Positions 1 to 13,945 are shown, numbered from the stretch's first letter. The stretch: DNA of 64,000 nt from Octopus vulgaris (GCA_951406725.2 OX597828.1:46748001-46812000), one strand, 5' to 3'. Notes: generated by a model not told the origin, from the letters alone. Program-made: numbers and translations.

Positions 1-197
1 TTGATATGAAATCACCATGTCGCGCACATGTGGTTGTGATGCATGTGCCTGGTGTACACTTATCAGACGGGTAGTCATGATGGGTATACTGGGCATCGTT
101 GATGGTACCCCAGTGTGCATTTGATGGTATGCAGTGCATTCTCACTCAGTAATAATGAGGATGATGATGATAACAACAACAACAATAATAATAATGG

Positions 198-228
<31 letters not shown>

Positions 229-506
229 ATATATATATATGTATACATATATATATATACACACACACACACGTAAACACACACGCATACCTACATACTA
301 ATAAGTGTATCTGTGCGTGTATATATCAGTGTATATTCACGCATACTATATCTGCACTTACAAACACACGATGTTTGGAAAATAACAAAATATAAACGAA
401 AATAAATTAAAGGAAACTAAAAGTGTTAGGCAGGAGGTCATAGGCAGAATGCGTAAAAATAGAAACAGTTAGAAATGATTTTGTAAAAGTCAAGTCAAAG
501 AAGCCC

Positions 507-601
507 GATCACTGAAGAGATTTGATGTTTATTGTAAACTGTATAAAGATACTTTTGGGGGTTTTACACTTGACATCACATCGACAATGCTAGGACATGA
601 T
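507..601 (+). ncRNA. Decayed type I hammerhead ribozyme-like motif
   Basis: ATCA-CTGAAGA (512-518), long stem II (GATTTGATGT..TGTAAAC / GTTTTACA..ACATCACATC), GACAA in place of GAAAC, closing TGAT pairs with ATCA. Confidence 0.4.
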
Positions 602-691
602 GGCATGAATGATCACCGCTTATAATGTGTGTGGTGGAGGTTAATCTCTTCCCCTCTCTCTATCTCGCTCCCTCTATGACACTCTCTCTCC

Positions 692-738
<47 letters not shown>

Positions 739-803
739 GCCGCTCCTTTCCATTACTGTTTCGATATACGTGAATATATATATATATTTATTTATATACA
801 TAA

Positions 804-852
<49 letters not shown>

Positions 853-1039
853 TGCATGTATGTTTACATATATATACGTATGCATATACATGCATGTATA
901 TGTACATATATGTATGTATATGTACATATATATGTATACATATATACGTATATATGTATACATATATACATATATATGAATATATATACAATATCTATAC
1001 ACTACTCCTAACACTCTATACGTATATATATATATCTCT

Positions 1040-1112
1040 GCTCACACATGACCATTGTCCATCTTTCTTTTCCTGTACAGGCGTTTAAAAGAGCGGATGT
1101 GTTTGTTTTCCT

Positions 1113-1153
<41 letters not shown>

Positions 1154-1520
1154 ATCTTCTATCTTTTCTCTTTTCAAAGAAAGTTTCTCCCAGCTTTCAC
1201 TATTTTCCTCTCGTTATGGTCTAACGATCCGCCATATTTGTTTTCGCTCGGTTCCCTTGTATGTTCCTACTGTCGTGTTTTTGTTCCCAACTTTGACTAT
1301 CCATAAATCCTAAATTTTGTCTATGGGAGCATCTCTCTCTGAAAACTCATATTGTCTTTGATGGTTCATATTGTCATTGAATGCTCTAAATGAGGAGTAG
1401 ACAGTCCTTTCTCTGTTTACTTGTCCTCTTTTCCATTTTTTCTCGTTGTCTACGTATTTAACTGGTTTGTCTTTACGTATTTCCTGTTATTTTCACCGTA
1501 GGTGACATCCTGTACTCATA
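1040..1520 (+). mobile_element. Non-autonomous interspersed repeat (family P1, probably PLE-derived)
   Basis: GTTCCCAACTTTGACTATCCATAAATCCTAAATTTT...TTGAATGCTC matches the reverse complement of 40390-40840 and resembles 32620-33050. Confidence 0.5.
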
Positions 1521-1543
1521 TATATATACATGTATATATGTAT

Positions 1544-1576
<33 letters not shown>

Positions 1577-1603
1577 TATATATACATGTATATATATACA
1601 TAC

Positions 1604-1715
<112 letters not shown>

Positions 1716-2240
1716 TGGATATCTTGCACACATCTAAATTACATGCACACTCACACACATACACACGTATAAATATTATTTTTATTTTTTGCTTGCTTCA
1801 GACATTGGACTGCGACCATGATGGGGCATTGCCATGAAATTTTTTACTCGAACAAATCTACCCCAATTCTTATATTTTGAAATACGGTACTTATTCTATG
1901 GGACCTTCTCTTCTGAGAAAGCTATCTTGAATGCTTGACATGGTGGATTGCCGCCGCAAGTTGAAAAGAAGAGGCCAGTGAATTTACTGTCAAGAAAGAA
2001 TGATGTCTTTAATCCTACAGTTGTATGTTGCAACTCCTGATAAAATTTGCATAATGTTCCTGTATAATATGCAAATTCTCAAGTTGTCAATATGTGCTGT
2101 TGTGATGGTTAAGTTACTCATTTAATTAAAATACCGTCTCATCACTCCAAAGAATCTTTGTTGGAAAGCTGGCATCTTTCCAAGTCCCACTCACAAAACT
2201 CCCCTCTTCGGTTCAGATCATATTTATTGAGAACATAGAT

Positions 2241-2515
2241 CAGTGGTTCTCAACCATTCTGTGCCTATGATTTTTTGCTCAACCATTTTTTGCTTTGATC
2301 TTTAATTTAGTTTATAAGACATTCATAGCTATTTGTTGTTTTAAAAGATCCCAATATATTTTTTTATAATCAAGTATTATTAGCAATTGCATAAAAAATT
2401 GTAAAAATACCTTGTGTATTGTAGAAATACAGTTAAATTACTGCACCTAAATTTTAATAACAGAATCTAGTATGGATCCCCAAGGTTCATATGGATGGCC
2501 GTTCAAAATTATCTT
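2241..2515. mobile_element. Possible hAT-type MITE remnant
   Basis: Starts CAGTGGTTCTCAACC, typical of Charlie/hAT termini; the other end is degenerate. Confidence 0.35.
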
Positions 2516-2517
2516 TG

Positions 2518-2650
2518 ATTCGAGCGGTGAATATGGATCTGTCTGCAACTCCTTCTTAAAGTATCTTTCCTCTTCGACTGCGTTTTCAAACTTCGCGTGG
2601 CACTTTAGAATAAATTTCCTTTGCTCTAATTATAGTCTGACTCCCTTCAT
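2518..2650 (-). pseudogene. Tc1/mariner-related transposase N-terminal fragment (DUF4817-like HTH)
   Basis: Manual translation MKGVRL*LEQRKFILKCHAKFENAVEEERYFKKELQTDP, with an in-frame stop. Confidence 0.55.
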
Positions 2651-3994
2651 TATTAAATTTGTGCTATCAGAAGTTAAAGGATGTGTACATTTTCAGCGAA
2701 TATATAGCACGCATGTGCATACATATTTCAGATTACAATACACTAAGCATTGATTAATCTGCACAAAAACTAAATCGATCGCTTTTTCTTAACCATGCAA
2801 CTTGAGAGAAATTACATGGCGTTGTGCGAGAAATTACATGACGTTGTGCGAGAAATGATTAGTTCATGATCGCCAAACCGCGAGTTCAATCCCTTCAAAC
2901 TCGCTTCCTTTCCTATCTAATCAATTCAGCTTCTGTACGTACCAGCGGAGCACTGAATTAGCCTTCTCTCCCTCCAGCTCTTCCACTGGGATGCTCCGAG
3001 GACAGAAACGCTGAGAGAGTTTCTACGTCAACTCATGACTGTAAAACACCTAAAACAATTAACGAAAGAACAGTGCACACACACACATACATACACACAC
3101 ACACACATTCATATGCATACTGTTCTTTCCAAACACAAATAATATTGGACAAAGCGATTGACGGATGGCTGTAATGTAGTATTTATTTGAAATTTTCTGT
3201 ATTAAGTTTAATTTAACTTGGAGGTCATAAGGTTTCCCTTGTGGGAAAGGCTTAAAGGATTTGGGGAGGAGTGTCGCATATGGCCGGGTGGCACATACAC
3301 GACTTACATGTCCTACATGAGTGAGGCATGGGAAATGGCGGGATACAGGAACTCAAGCGGCATTGAAGATAATGATGAATATATCGATGGATATATCGAA
3401 GAGTAGGAGGTGAAAGACCTTCGTTACAGGGTTTGAAACCTCATCTTATTGGATTATTTTGTAGTGGTTTATAACCTCAATTTTGTGCTTTAAGAAAGAA
3501 AAAAAAAAGAAAACATGTTAAGTAAGAGGTTTTAGTGCCTCCTCCTTGTAAGAGGTTTGAAACCTCATATTGATTTTTAAAAAAAAAAGAAAATATGTTT
3601 TCGAGAAAAATCCAATCGGCGGGTGTTGGGTTTCATCTCTCATTTATTCATTATATTTCATTTTCATTCATTAATGTATTTGTCCAGCCCGCAAAGCTCT
3701 TTGTACTGTCTATATGACAAATTTATGAAATAAAGTTCAATTTAACTTCATTTGACTTGAAACTCTTTCAATTTTGTTGGCAAACCTTTCCATATAGAGA
3801 GAAAAAAAACCCAAAGAAAATACAAATCAAAACAAGAAAGGTTTCGTGCTTTGTTTTTTTTTCTTTTTTCTTTCTTTCCTGTTTTCTTCCAACAAATATT
3901 TTTGTAATAACCTGACGAGTACAGAATGCGGAACAAAAACAAAATGAAAAAAAACAAACTATACATACATACTTAAAAATACACACAGACAGAG

Positions 3995-4260
3995 ACGCAT
4001 ACACTCACATGGCCACAAAGGGGACAATGTGTTCATAACAAGGTAAAACAGTCTAAATAGATTCGGGAAGAGGTAAATAATTGCAAAGGGCTGACGGGAA
4101 GGAAAACACCAGAAAATACCTGTAAATACAAGGTTCATGTGAAAGGTTGAGGGCCTCGCTATCCTTCGCTGATTTACCTTCATTGAATAGGGGCCATCCT
4201 GGGTTAGGGGTACTCTAGTAGCTCTTCATTTACATTCTGTTGCTTGAGTAAATTCACTTC
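3995..4260 (-). mobile_element. Probable 3' end of an L1/Tx1-type LINE
   Basis: Minus strand ends ...TTGTCCCCTTTGTGGCC, resembling the LINE 3' end at 52940-53000. Confidence 0.3.
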
Positions 4261-4369
4261 AACCCTTACAAAAAAAAGTGTGTGTGGGTGGCGAATAATG
4301 TAAACGAATGCCCCCTATTTCCCTGCTCATTCTCGCCGTCTTCTTGTGTGTATGAATGTATGTATGTAA

Positions 4370-4404
<35 letters not shown>

Positions 4405-4779
4405 CGTGTTTGTAAATGTGTGTGTTCGTGTGTATTTATGTATGCATGGACGTAGGTAGGTTCATTTATATAATTTTATCCGTCTCTGCGGGTGTATGTA
4501 TGTATGCGTGTCTGAACATCAATACACATATATACAAGCAGACACTCGCTCTCATACATATTCGCGGACATACACAGAAACACACACACACACGCACACA
4601 CACATACATATATATACATACCTGCTAGTACATGCATATATGTGTGCATGTATGTGCGTGAGTTTGTGTATTCTTAAATATGTATATATATATATATATA
4701 CACATATACATACATGTAAATATATGTGTGTGTATATATCTATCTATAGATATATATATATATATATATATATTCTATA

Positions 4780-4973
4780 ACTTGTTTCAGTCATGTGACT
4801 GCGGCCATGATGGAGCACCGCCTTTAGGGGAACAAAGCAACCAGAGGACTTATTCTTTATAAGCCTAGTATTTATTCTATCGGTCTCTTTTGCTGAACCG
4901 CTAGATAACGGAGACGTGAACACACCAACATCAGTTGTCAAGTGATGGTGGAGGAACAAGCAGAAACACACAA

Positions 4974-4975
<2 letters not shown>
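4780..4975 (-). mobile_element. SINE family A, 3' half
   Basis: CTTGTTTCAGTCATGTGACTGCGGCCATG...AAACAC shared with full copies at 9437 and 13946. Confidence 0.8.
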
Positions 4976-5034
<59 letters not shown>

Positions 5035-5129
5035 ATAGTGTAATAAATAAAATATATGCATACATACATACATATATGTACGTACTTACATCTACATGTA
5101 TATATACATGCATATATAAATATATATAC

Positions 5130-5400
5130 GTGAGTACAGGACACCACAAATAGACGTAGAACTCAACGAGAAACGAAAACGTAAAAACAAGCATGGAACG
5201 GACCTTTTTTTTAACAACGAAAAAACAGAGTACAAGACAAACTACACGAGGAAAAATCCCCTTCATCAGCTGTCCCTAGTTCAACTCCAACGTGTTTCGA
5301 AGGTGAGGACAGAACACGACTCGTCGAACTAGTCCTTCCTGCGAAAGAATTAAATAAAATTCCTTTGCAGAGGGGTAAAAACAAGGAAAAAAAATTGTGA
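5130..5400 (-). mobile_element. Family P1 repeat with degenerate HHR-like core
   Basis: Minus strand CTAGTTC-GACGAG...TTC-GAAACACGTTGG..GAACTAG followed by GCTGATGAAGGG; homologous layout at 32840-32920. Confidence 0.45.
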
Positions 5401-6364
5401 CAAAAACAGGACGTAAAAACAATACAATTAAAAACAAATACAAAATAAAAATACAATTACAAAAAAATACAGTACAAGAGGGAATAAAAACAGGACAGGA
5501 AAACAAACAATGAGGGCCTTTAAGCTTAGACGAGGACAAATTCACGAGCGCAGGAAGAAACATTTCTAACCTTATGTCAAAATCAGAAAGAATTACAGTG
5601 TGGAAGTTAAAAAGGCTTCGGTGTGTTTTCCAATGTTTAAATTGAGACTTCCATTCTATCATTTCTACACATGGCCTCTGATAAAGTCACTTGCCAGGAA
5701 ACTACAATTCCGTATTTAAACATTGATATGTTGAATGAGAGAAAGTTCACAGTTAATTGAAAATTATTCAGTTAATTGGCGATAGAATATGAAAGCCTCG
5801 CGGCAAATGTTGGTGACTGTGAAAGAAAAAGGGGAGTCTTTCAAAAAGAGATTAATAATTAATTTCACAAATTAAACTACATGCTTACGAAAAACTTTCT
5901 CACCTCATGTGCAAAGATTAGATTTCTTTCGAATCATTTAATTAATTTTGTGAAATTAATTCTTAATTTTTTGAAATCATTGGCCTATTTCAATTAATTA
6001 TTTATTTATTTACTGGAAGACGCCCAAAGATTCCCTTTAGATTTGTATAATTATTTCAACTAAGACGGAAACATCAATTGGCTGAGAATTCTTGTGGCGA
6101 AAAGCTTTGGAACTATACTTTTGACACCATAGGTAATATCAGGAAACATGGCATACATACCGTTATTATAATTGAATCTTTTACCAAAGTTTTTGCTGAT
6201 TATACAAAATCATGAAATGGATACTAATCAACAAAAGAGAACGTATTCATTACCTTAAAACAGAAATGTTATTAATTAAATAACATTCGAGAATCATTTT
6301 CCATGTTAATACATATTACGGACGTTCACACACACATGCACACATGCACATTCATGAACTCACC

Positions 6365-6405
<41 letters not shown>

Positions 6406-8123
6406 GTTTTTATCGCTCTCTCTTTCTCTCTATCTATCTATTTTCTATCTATCTATCTTACGCGCGCACACACACACAGTACGTAGCACATTGGGCAAGT
6501 GTCTTCCACAATAGCCTCGGACCGACAAAAGCATTGTGAGTGGATTTGGTAGACGGAAACCGAAAGAAGCCTGCGATATACATGACGATAAAAGAAAAGA
6601 TAAACTAAGTAACATGTTTTAAAAAACTGGATACTGTGGTCGATTTTTTCGACTGAGTCCCACTAGGGGGCGCCCAAGCATGGCTACAGTCCAATGACTG
6701 CAGTTCTTTACTCTTAGTTATTATTGTGGTTCAAATTGGGCAATACCATAGGTTTCTTGAAACTTTTATCAAGAATGGTGAATCTTAAAACGGGGCTTGT
6801 CGCACACGGAAAATTCAGAGAACAGTTAAAGCGCCAGACAAAATATTGTGTGATGTCTCGCCCTGCTTTCTAGGATCTGAATTAAAATAGCACGGAGACC
6901 AGCCTAGGCCTTTATGCTTTTGAAGGACCATAAAATAAAGTCATGGTCAAGCACGAAAGTCAAAATTATCGACAAAATATTACCTTAAGTTCAGACATTG
7001 CACCACTCATGGAAACAATAATTTTATAGTTCCGATTACAAATTGCATTTATTGGTTTCAAATTTTGGCACAAGGCCATCAATTCCAGGAGAGGGAGTAA
7101 GTCGATTAAATAGACCCCAGTTTTCAGTTGGTATTTATTTTATCGACCCCGAAAAGATGACCTTGGCAGAATTTGAACTCAGAACGTAAAATCAGGCAAA
7201 ATACCTCTAAGGATTCAGCCAACTTGCCGCCTTACAAATTGCATTTATTAAATGCATATAAGCTGGTCATTTTTCTTTGCCTGAAGCACACAGCACTTCG
7301 ACATTATCACCACAAACAGGAACATACGTATTATAATCCAGTTATAATTGTGAATTTATGTTCTGAATAGAGGGATTATAAGGCTTTGGTTTTCGAATCA
7401 GTTCTTTTGTAAGATATTCTCTGTTTCATTGATTTAGAAAGAATAGCCAGCATCTGCAGAGCCGTTGAGCTTTATAAGTCTGTGTGCGCGTTGAAGTGTG
7501 TTTCAGTGTGTTTATGTGTGTGCGTGTGTAGGAGAGTGTATATGTGTGTATTTTTAACTACTGTTCATAAATTCCGGATGTGCAGGCACGTAAAATGTAT
7601 GTCAATCTTTAATACGCGCATACACAACAAATACACACACACACACATAAGATGCAGGTGCAGATGCACACAAACATACAAACGCACATACGCACACACA
7701 TACATATAAGCACACACACACACACACACACACTATCATGCATATACCTAGTAAAATCAGACAAGTCATTCAGCTTATTAAAAGAATGTCCTGAAATACA
7801 GGTTTTACAGGAGAAATTTGGGAAATATTTTGACCTTAATCTAACAGAATGACCTAGTTGTTATTTAATCCAAAGCTAAATATTAACTCTTTTGCTTTAT
7901 TTTTATCCGCATTTGCCACATTTTGATGTTGTATACATATATATATATATATGTATTTATATAGTTTTCTTTTTGTTTTTCTTTTCATTTCTCATCCTAA
8001 CCCGTTTTGTTTTTCATCTTGACATGTAACTAAACGTCATTTGTTAATATCACAATATGCTGAGATAGATGCAGGATCGGTTGATAACTCTTAAAGAAAT
8101 ACCTTTTTTCCAAAAAGAATTAT

Positions 8124-8164
<41 letters not shown>

Positions 8165-8167
8165 CTC

Positions 8168-8249
<82 letters not shown>

Positions 8250-8251
<2 letters not shown>

Positions 8252-9420
8252 AGTGGGTTAATGAAAATGTTTAGTTAAATAGTCATTTATTTATTAAGTA
8301 ATATATTACAGCAGGTTGTTTCGTGCAAATATTTCTTAGCCGAGCTTGATGAACTGGCGAGACTTAGTGGCCTTTTAAGGTGGGGAAGGAAAAAGAATTT
8401 TTGTTATTTTTTGAATTGGTCAAGGTTTTTAAGAAAAGCAATACACAATGTTGTCACAATTATATTTTCAAATTCGTCTATTTCTGGTTGACTGTTTTTT
8501 TGTTTTGAATATAATTTAAAAACTCCAACCCAGAATTTCCTAAAGGAGAAAGAAAGCCAAGTATAGAAAAAGGAAAACAACTGTTTTTATAGAATTTTGG
8601 AACCTGGAGTGCTTTGCAAGGTCCAACAACAATGTGGTAAAAATGTTTTAGCACTGGTTTGAGGTCATCTTTCAACTATATATAATCAAATTCATATAGA
8701 ATTCACAGAGGTGGAATTTCAAAAAAATACATAGTTATATTAATCTTTGTTGAGGACATTTTTGTGAAGTATAGTTCTGTTATCTTTCGGAACTTTGAAT
8801 TTTCCTTTACGTTTTTACCAAATGTTTCTATTTTTCAAGCATTTAATTTTGGTGCGAACTTCTTTATGAAGTGTAGCTCCCGTGCTTTTCGGAAGTTTGG
8901 GTTATTCCTTGAGCGTTTGTGGAAGCGGAAAATTTTGAATTTTCCTTCTCCACATATTTCCAAATCTTTGCTAAGTGGAAATTTCCGTATCTCCTCTTGC
9001 CGGATGTGTTGTCTGTGGATTCTTGCGCGTTGGCGTGTAGATAGGAAATCATTGGTTTCGCCAATATAATTCTCCTTGCATTTGGAGCAAGTAATGCAGT
9101 ATACGAGGTTTTGTGTTTTACAGTTCATATTTGCATTTACTTTGAATATGAATCCACTCTTAAATTTTATGTGGGGGTTCCTGTCTATATACATCTAGTT
9201 ATTGTTGTTGTTGCATATTCCACATCTGCTTTACGGAGAATTCTGTTTCCTTCTCTTATGTGAATATTGCTATTGTAAGTTGTTTTTAAGGTTTTTTCCT
9301 GGCGTTTATATTTCGCAGGTAGCTTTTGTCTATCAGTTTTCTGATTTTGGGACTCTTTAAGAGTATTGGTACATTTGAGTGTGTAATGTGGAAAATATTG
9401 TTTATTCCAGTGTTATATAT
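8250..9420 (-). mobile_element. 5'-truncated Penelope-like element (Neptune-like) with GIY-YIG endonuclease
   Basis: ORF 8835-9194 NCKTQNLVYCITCSKCKENYIGET...RELHFIKKFAPKLN; upstream frameshifted RCGIC Cys linker; 3' end abuts (TA)n. Confidence 0.85.
8835..9194 (-). pseudogene. GIY-YIG endonuclease domain of a PLE
   Basis: LVY...YIG motif, conserved R, E and terminal PKLN. Confidence 0.85.
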
Positions 9421-9436
9421 TTTAATAAATGGAATA

Positions 9437-9841
9437 GGCGCAGGAGTGGCTGTGTGGTAAGTAGCTTGCTAACCAGCCACAAGGTTCCGGGTTCAGTCCC
9501 ACTGCGTGGCATCTTGGGCAAGTGTCTTCTGCTATAGCCCCGGGCCGACCAATGCCTTGCGAGTGGATTTGGTAGACGGAAACTGAAAGAAGCCCGTCGT
9601 ATATATGTATATATGTACGTGTATGTATATGTTTGTGTGTCTGTGTTTGTCCCCCTAGCATTGCTTGACAACCGATGCCGGTGTGTTTACGTCCCCGTCA
9701 CTTAGCGGTTCGGCAAAAGAGACTGCTAGAATAAGTACTGGGCTTACAAAGAATAAGTCACGGGGTCGATTTGCTCGACTAAAGGCGGTGCTCCAGCATG
9801 GCCGCAGTCAAATGACTGAAACAAGTAAAAGAGTAAAGAGT

Positions 9842-9845
<4 letters not shown>
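9437..9845 (+). mobile_element. tRNA-derived SINE family A, full length
   Basis: Head GGCGCAGGAGTGGCTGTGTGGTAAG...GGGTTCAGTCCC (A/B boxes), internal microsatellite, GAGTAAA-type tail; many copies in the window. Confidence 0.9.
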
Positions 9846-9901
<56 letters not shown>

Positions 9902-9903
9902 CT

Positions 9904-10182
9904 GGCACTCCGTCGGTTATGACAACAAGGTTTCAGCCTGCTTGTAAAATTAACATGCAGTTGGCTGATCACTCCACAGACAGTTGTACTCTTAGCGTAT
10001 TTCACACGGAGATCCAGCGTGGCACAGAATGTGACAAGGGTGGCTTTTGCAATACATGCATTCGACGGATGAGTGGACTAGAGCAATGTGAAACAAAGTG
10101 TGTTGCTAATGAACATAACACTTTTACAGGTAATCGAACTCAAGACCTTACGATTGTGAGCCAAATACAATGACATCTAAGC

Positions 10183-10185
<3 letters not shown>
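9904..10185 (-). mobile_element. Diverged SINE (head type D with family B tail 1)
   Basis: GGCACTCCGTCGGTTA is the reverse complement of the 19770/57504 tail; head and body resemble 50480-50624. Confidence 0.65.
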
Positions 10186-10226
<41 letters not shown>

Positions 10227-10379
10227 TTATAAATATACACACATAAATATATATTATATATATATATATACAAATATACACAAAAGACATAACATTTTTA
10301 CAGGTAATCGAACTCAAGACCTTCCGATTGTGAGCCAAATACAATGACCTCAAAGCTACTATATATATTTATATATATA

Positions 10380-10422
<43 letters not shown>

Positions 10423-10715
10423 TGTATAAATATACACACATAAATATATATTTATATATATATATACAAATATACACAAAAGACATAACATTTTTACAGG
10501 TAATCGAACTCAAGACCTTCCGATTGTGAGCCAAATACAATGACCTCAAAGCTACTATATATATATATATATCATGTATAAATATACACACATAAATATA
10601 TATTTATATATATATATATACAAATATACACAAAAGGCATAACATTTTTACAGGTAATCGAACTCAAGACCTTCCGATTGTGAGCCAAATACAATGACCT
10701 CAAAGCTACTATATA

Positions 10716-10772
<57 letters not shown>

Positions 10773-10922
10773 TGTATAAATATAAACACATAAATATATA
10801 TTTATATATATATATATACAAATATACACAAAAGACATAACATTTTTACAGGTAATCGAACTCAAGACCTTCCGATTGTGAGCCAAATACAATGACCTCA
10901 AAGCTACTATATATATTATATA

Positions 10923-10982
<60 letters not shown>

Positions 10983-11144
10983 TGTATAAATATACACACA
11001 TAAATATATATTTATATATATATATATACAAATATACACAAAAGACATAACATTTTTACAGGTAATCGAACTCAAGACCTTCCGATTGTGAGCCAAATAC
11101 AATGACCTCAAAGCTACTATATATATTTATATATATATATTTGA

Positions 11145-11198
<54 letters not shown>

Positions 11199-11402
11199 TG
11201 TATAAATATACACACATAAATATATATTTATATATATATATACAAATATACACAAAAGACATAACATTTTTACAGGTAATCGAACTCAAGACCTTCCGAT
11301 TGTGAGCCAAATACAATGACCTCAAAGCTACTATATATATATATATCATGTATAAATATACACACATAAATATATATTTATATATATACAAATATACACA
11401 AA
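10122..11402 (-). repeat. Tandem array of 7 SINE tRNA-head units with variable (TA)n
   Basis: CAGGTAATCGAACTCAAGACCTT(C/A)CGATTGTGAGCCAAATACAATGAC starts at 10127, 10301, 10497, 10651, 10849, 11059, 11273. Confidence 0.92.
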
Positions 11403-11540
11403 ACACACACACACACAACCAAGTACATGCAAATGCATACGCAAACACACACACACACACACACATATATAATATGTATCATAAATGAAAAGAAAATGCA
11501 GTGTAACTAAACAGATAAAATAAAATGCATACGTATATGT

Positions 11541-11760
11541 GGAGGCGCAATGGCCGAGTGGTTAGGGCAGCGGACTTGCGGTCGGAGGATCGCGGTTTCG
11601 ATTCCCAGACCGGGCGTTGTGTGTGTTTATTGAGCGAAAACACCTAAAAGCTCCACGAGGCTCCGGCAGGGGATGGTGGTGAACCCTGCTGTACTCTTTC
11701 ACCACTCTAAAGGCGGTGCTCCAGCATGGCCGCAGTCAAATGACTGAAACAAGTACAAAA
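11541..11760 (+). mobile_element. Chimeric SINE: family B head fused to family A tail
   Basis: GGAGGCGCAATGGCCGAGTGG...CTTTCACCACT switches at about 11707 to CTAAAGGCGGTGCTCCAGCATGGCC...GAAACAAGTA. Confidence 0.85.
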
Positions 11761-12427
11761 AAAAAAAATAAATAAATAAATACTGTCGTTGTTTATTTAC
11801 AATGATTTTTTTTTCCATTTATTTAGTAACAGTTCGCAACGCACCCCGACTTTTATGTCTATTCACATGCCTGTGGTCGGCCCCTAGGCTATAGTAGAAG
11901 ACGCTATTTTGTGGAACTGAACTGGGGGCTATGTGACTGGAAAATAAATTTTCTCGCCAGACTGCCACACCTGTATGCATATATATATAGTCACGTCTAC
12001 ATTTGTTGAGATAAAAATCAAACGTAAAAAGAGAAACGTGAAAGATTGAAGCCAAAAATAACCACGAACATCAACAATGAAATATTGCTGACGTCATTCA
12101 CATAATTTGTTGGTGAACAAACCGTCTTGCATAAAACTGAACAAAAATCTCATAATTTCTGGACAAAATATTCGAATGAATAGAATTTTCCGCTACACAA
12201 AAAACGACTAACAGATAAATGATCTATCTTACTCAAACGGAAGTAGCTACATGTTATAGGGATCTGTAGAGGTTATGGACAGACGAGGATATTTTGTGGG
12301 GAATAATTGGTATATATGTTCGAAAGAGCAAGTTTATGTGATTAAGCAGGTCATTTAGTAACAACAATAGCACTATATTAATAATTCCAGACATATATAG
12401 AATACATTGGTTCCAGTATATATATAT

Positions 12428-12634
12428 TTGGTTTTGGGATTTGGTTTGCAAGATTCTTTATATGAGTTCGTGTGTTGAAGCATATTCTGTTGTGTCTGGG
12501 GAGAGTCATTCTCTTTTAGTGCCATATTAAAATTTCCACTTTTTTTTTTTAAATAAGAAATAAGTGGAAATTTTACCGGTGAATGTGTTAAATAATAAGG
12601 CACTAAAAGAAAATGACTCTCCCCAGACACAACA

Positions 12635-12640
<6 letters not shown>
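12428..12640 (-). mobile_element. PLE terminal remnant with inverted duplication
   Basis: 12482-12529 is the inverted repeat of 12593-12640; 12445-12510 is homologous to 55170-55235; flanked by TA repeats. Confidence 0.7.
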
Positions 12641-12671
<31 letters not shown>

Positions 12672-12679
12672 CGTCGACA

Positions 12680-13083
12680 CACAATTCAGCGGCGATTTGA
12701 AGCGTTCGAGAGAGGACTTTCGGCGAAAGCGTCCGGATCTCTGGTGGACGAAAAATTGAATTCTTCACCGACTTCTCCTCACTCGTGAGTTTCTCGCTAA
12801 AAATCACATGATAAGCCTATTCGAAAGATTTAGTACCTGCGGACTTACACCCATTGCAGCTTAAAGGTCACTGATTTAACACCGTCATCGAAATCAAGAG
12901 AGGATCGCAGAAGGTCCTCGATTCGCTTAGGTCAAACGACTTCCAGGCCGGGGTCCCAGGAACACCGGGACTGATATATTGCTATGCAAGGTGACTATTA
13001 CAAAGATGATAGTAAAACTTTGGTAAATAAGTTATTTTTTTATTAAACGTACCTTATCCGGAAACCTTTTGATACCACCTTGT
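12680..13083 (+). mobile_element. Degenerate mariner transposase 3' half
   Basis: Broken translation EDFRRKRPDLW..EFLAKNHM..DLVPAD..LKGH..QGDYY, ending in a TIR-like CTTTTGATACCACCTTGT. Confidence 0.65.
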
Positions 13084-13716
13084 GTATATACCTATACACA
13101 TATGTACTTGTATGTTTGTATATATGTGTGAGTGTGTTTGTGTGTGTATGTGTGTCTGTGTGTGTGTGTGTGTAGGTGCGTGTGTGCGTATATGTGTATG
13201 TTTCTTGAACACTCGAACATGTATTGTGACATTTTGGGTCGATTAGGTGGGAGGAGATTTAGTTCACAACAATAACGAGCTACTGTACTATATTGGTCAT
13301 TTAACACTACAGACCATCCTCTTTTGCTTGCAATAGTGGCCGTCTATTCTCTCACACAAATACGAACACACACACACACACACATACACACACACATATA
13401 CGTGGTTCTATGTCAATGTACGTGGATTTGTGTATGTATGTGGATGTATATATAGTTGTTGGGCGTCATTTGTATATTATGATATTTATCTGGGTAGTTA
13501 TTTTTGTTTTTTTTTTTGTTATTATATGTTTGTTTTCCCTTTATTCTTTTACCTTTGTGAAGGCAAAACATTGAAATGATGGGTCAACACGTTTGGAAAT
13601 GAACGTGATATGTTATTGACCCTACGTTGACCCTTTTTCGTTGTTGATGCATTTTTTCATTGTTCCTTTAACATACATACATACATACATATATACATAC
13701 ATGCATATACATTTAT

Positions 13717-13750
<34 letters not shown>

Positions 13751-13774
13751 GATTATACATACATATATATATAA

Positions 13775-13816
<42 letters not shown>

Positions 13817-13884
13817 TTATGTCTGTGTGTATAATTGAAAAACACACATACAACCTCTATATAACATACATAAATACATTTAGG

Positions 13885-13925
<41 letters not shown>

Positions 13926-13945
13926 ACAGATATACATATATATAC

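Noticed and set aside
2806-2856. 22-bp tandem duplication GAGAAATTACATG(G/A)CGTTGTGC
   Set aside because: Simple local duplication in a decayed repeat head; no further significance evident.
3218-3406. 62-aa complex ORF
   Set aside because: Non-ATG start, no recognisable domain or splice support; likely a repeat remnant.
10122-11402. CRISPR-like repeat-spacer array
   Set aside because: Repeats exceed 100 bp, the spacers are only (TA)n length variants, there are no cas genes, and the context is eukaryotic.
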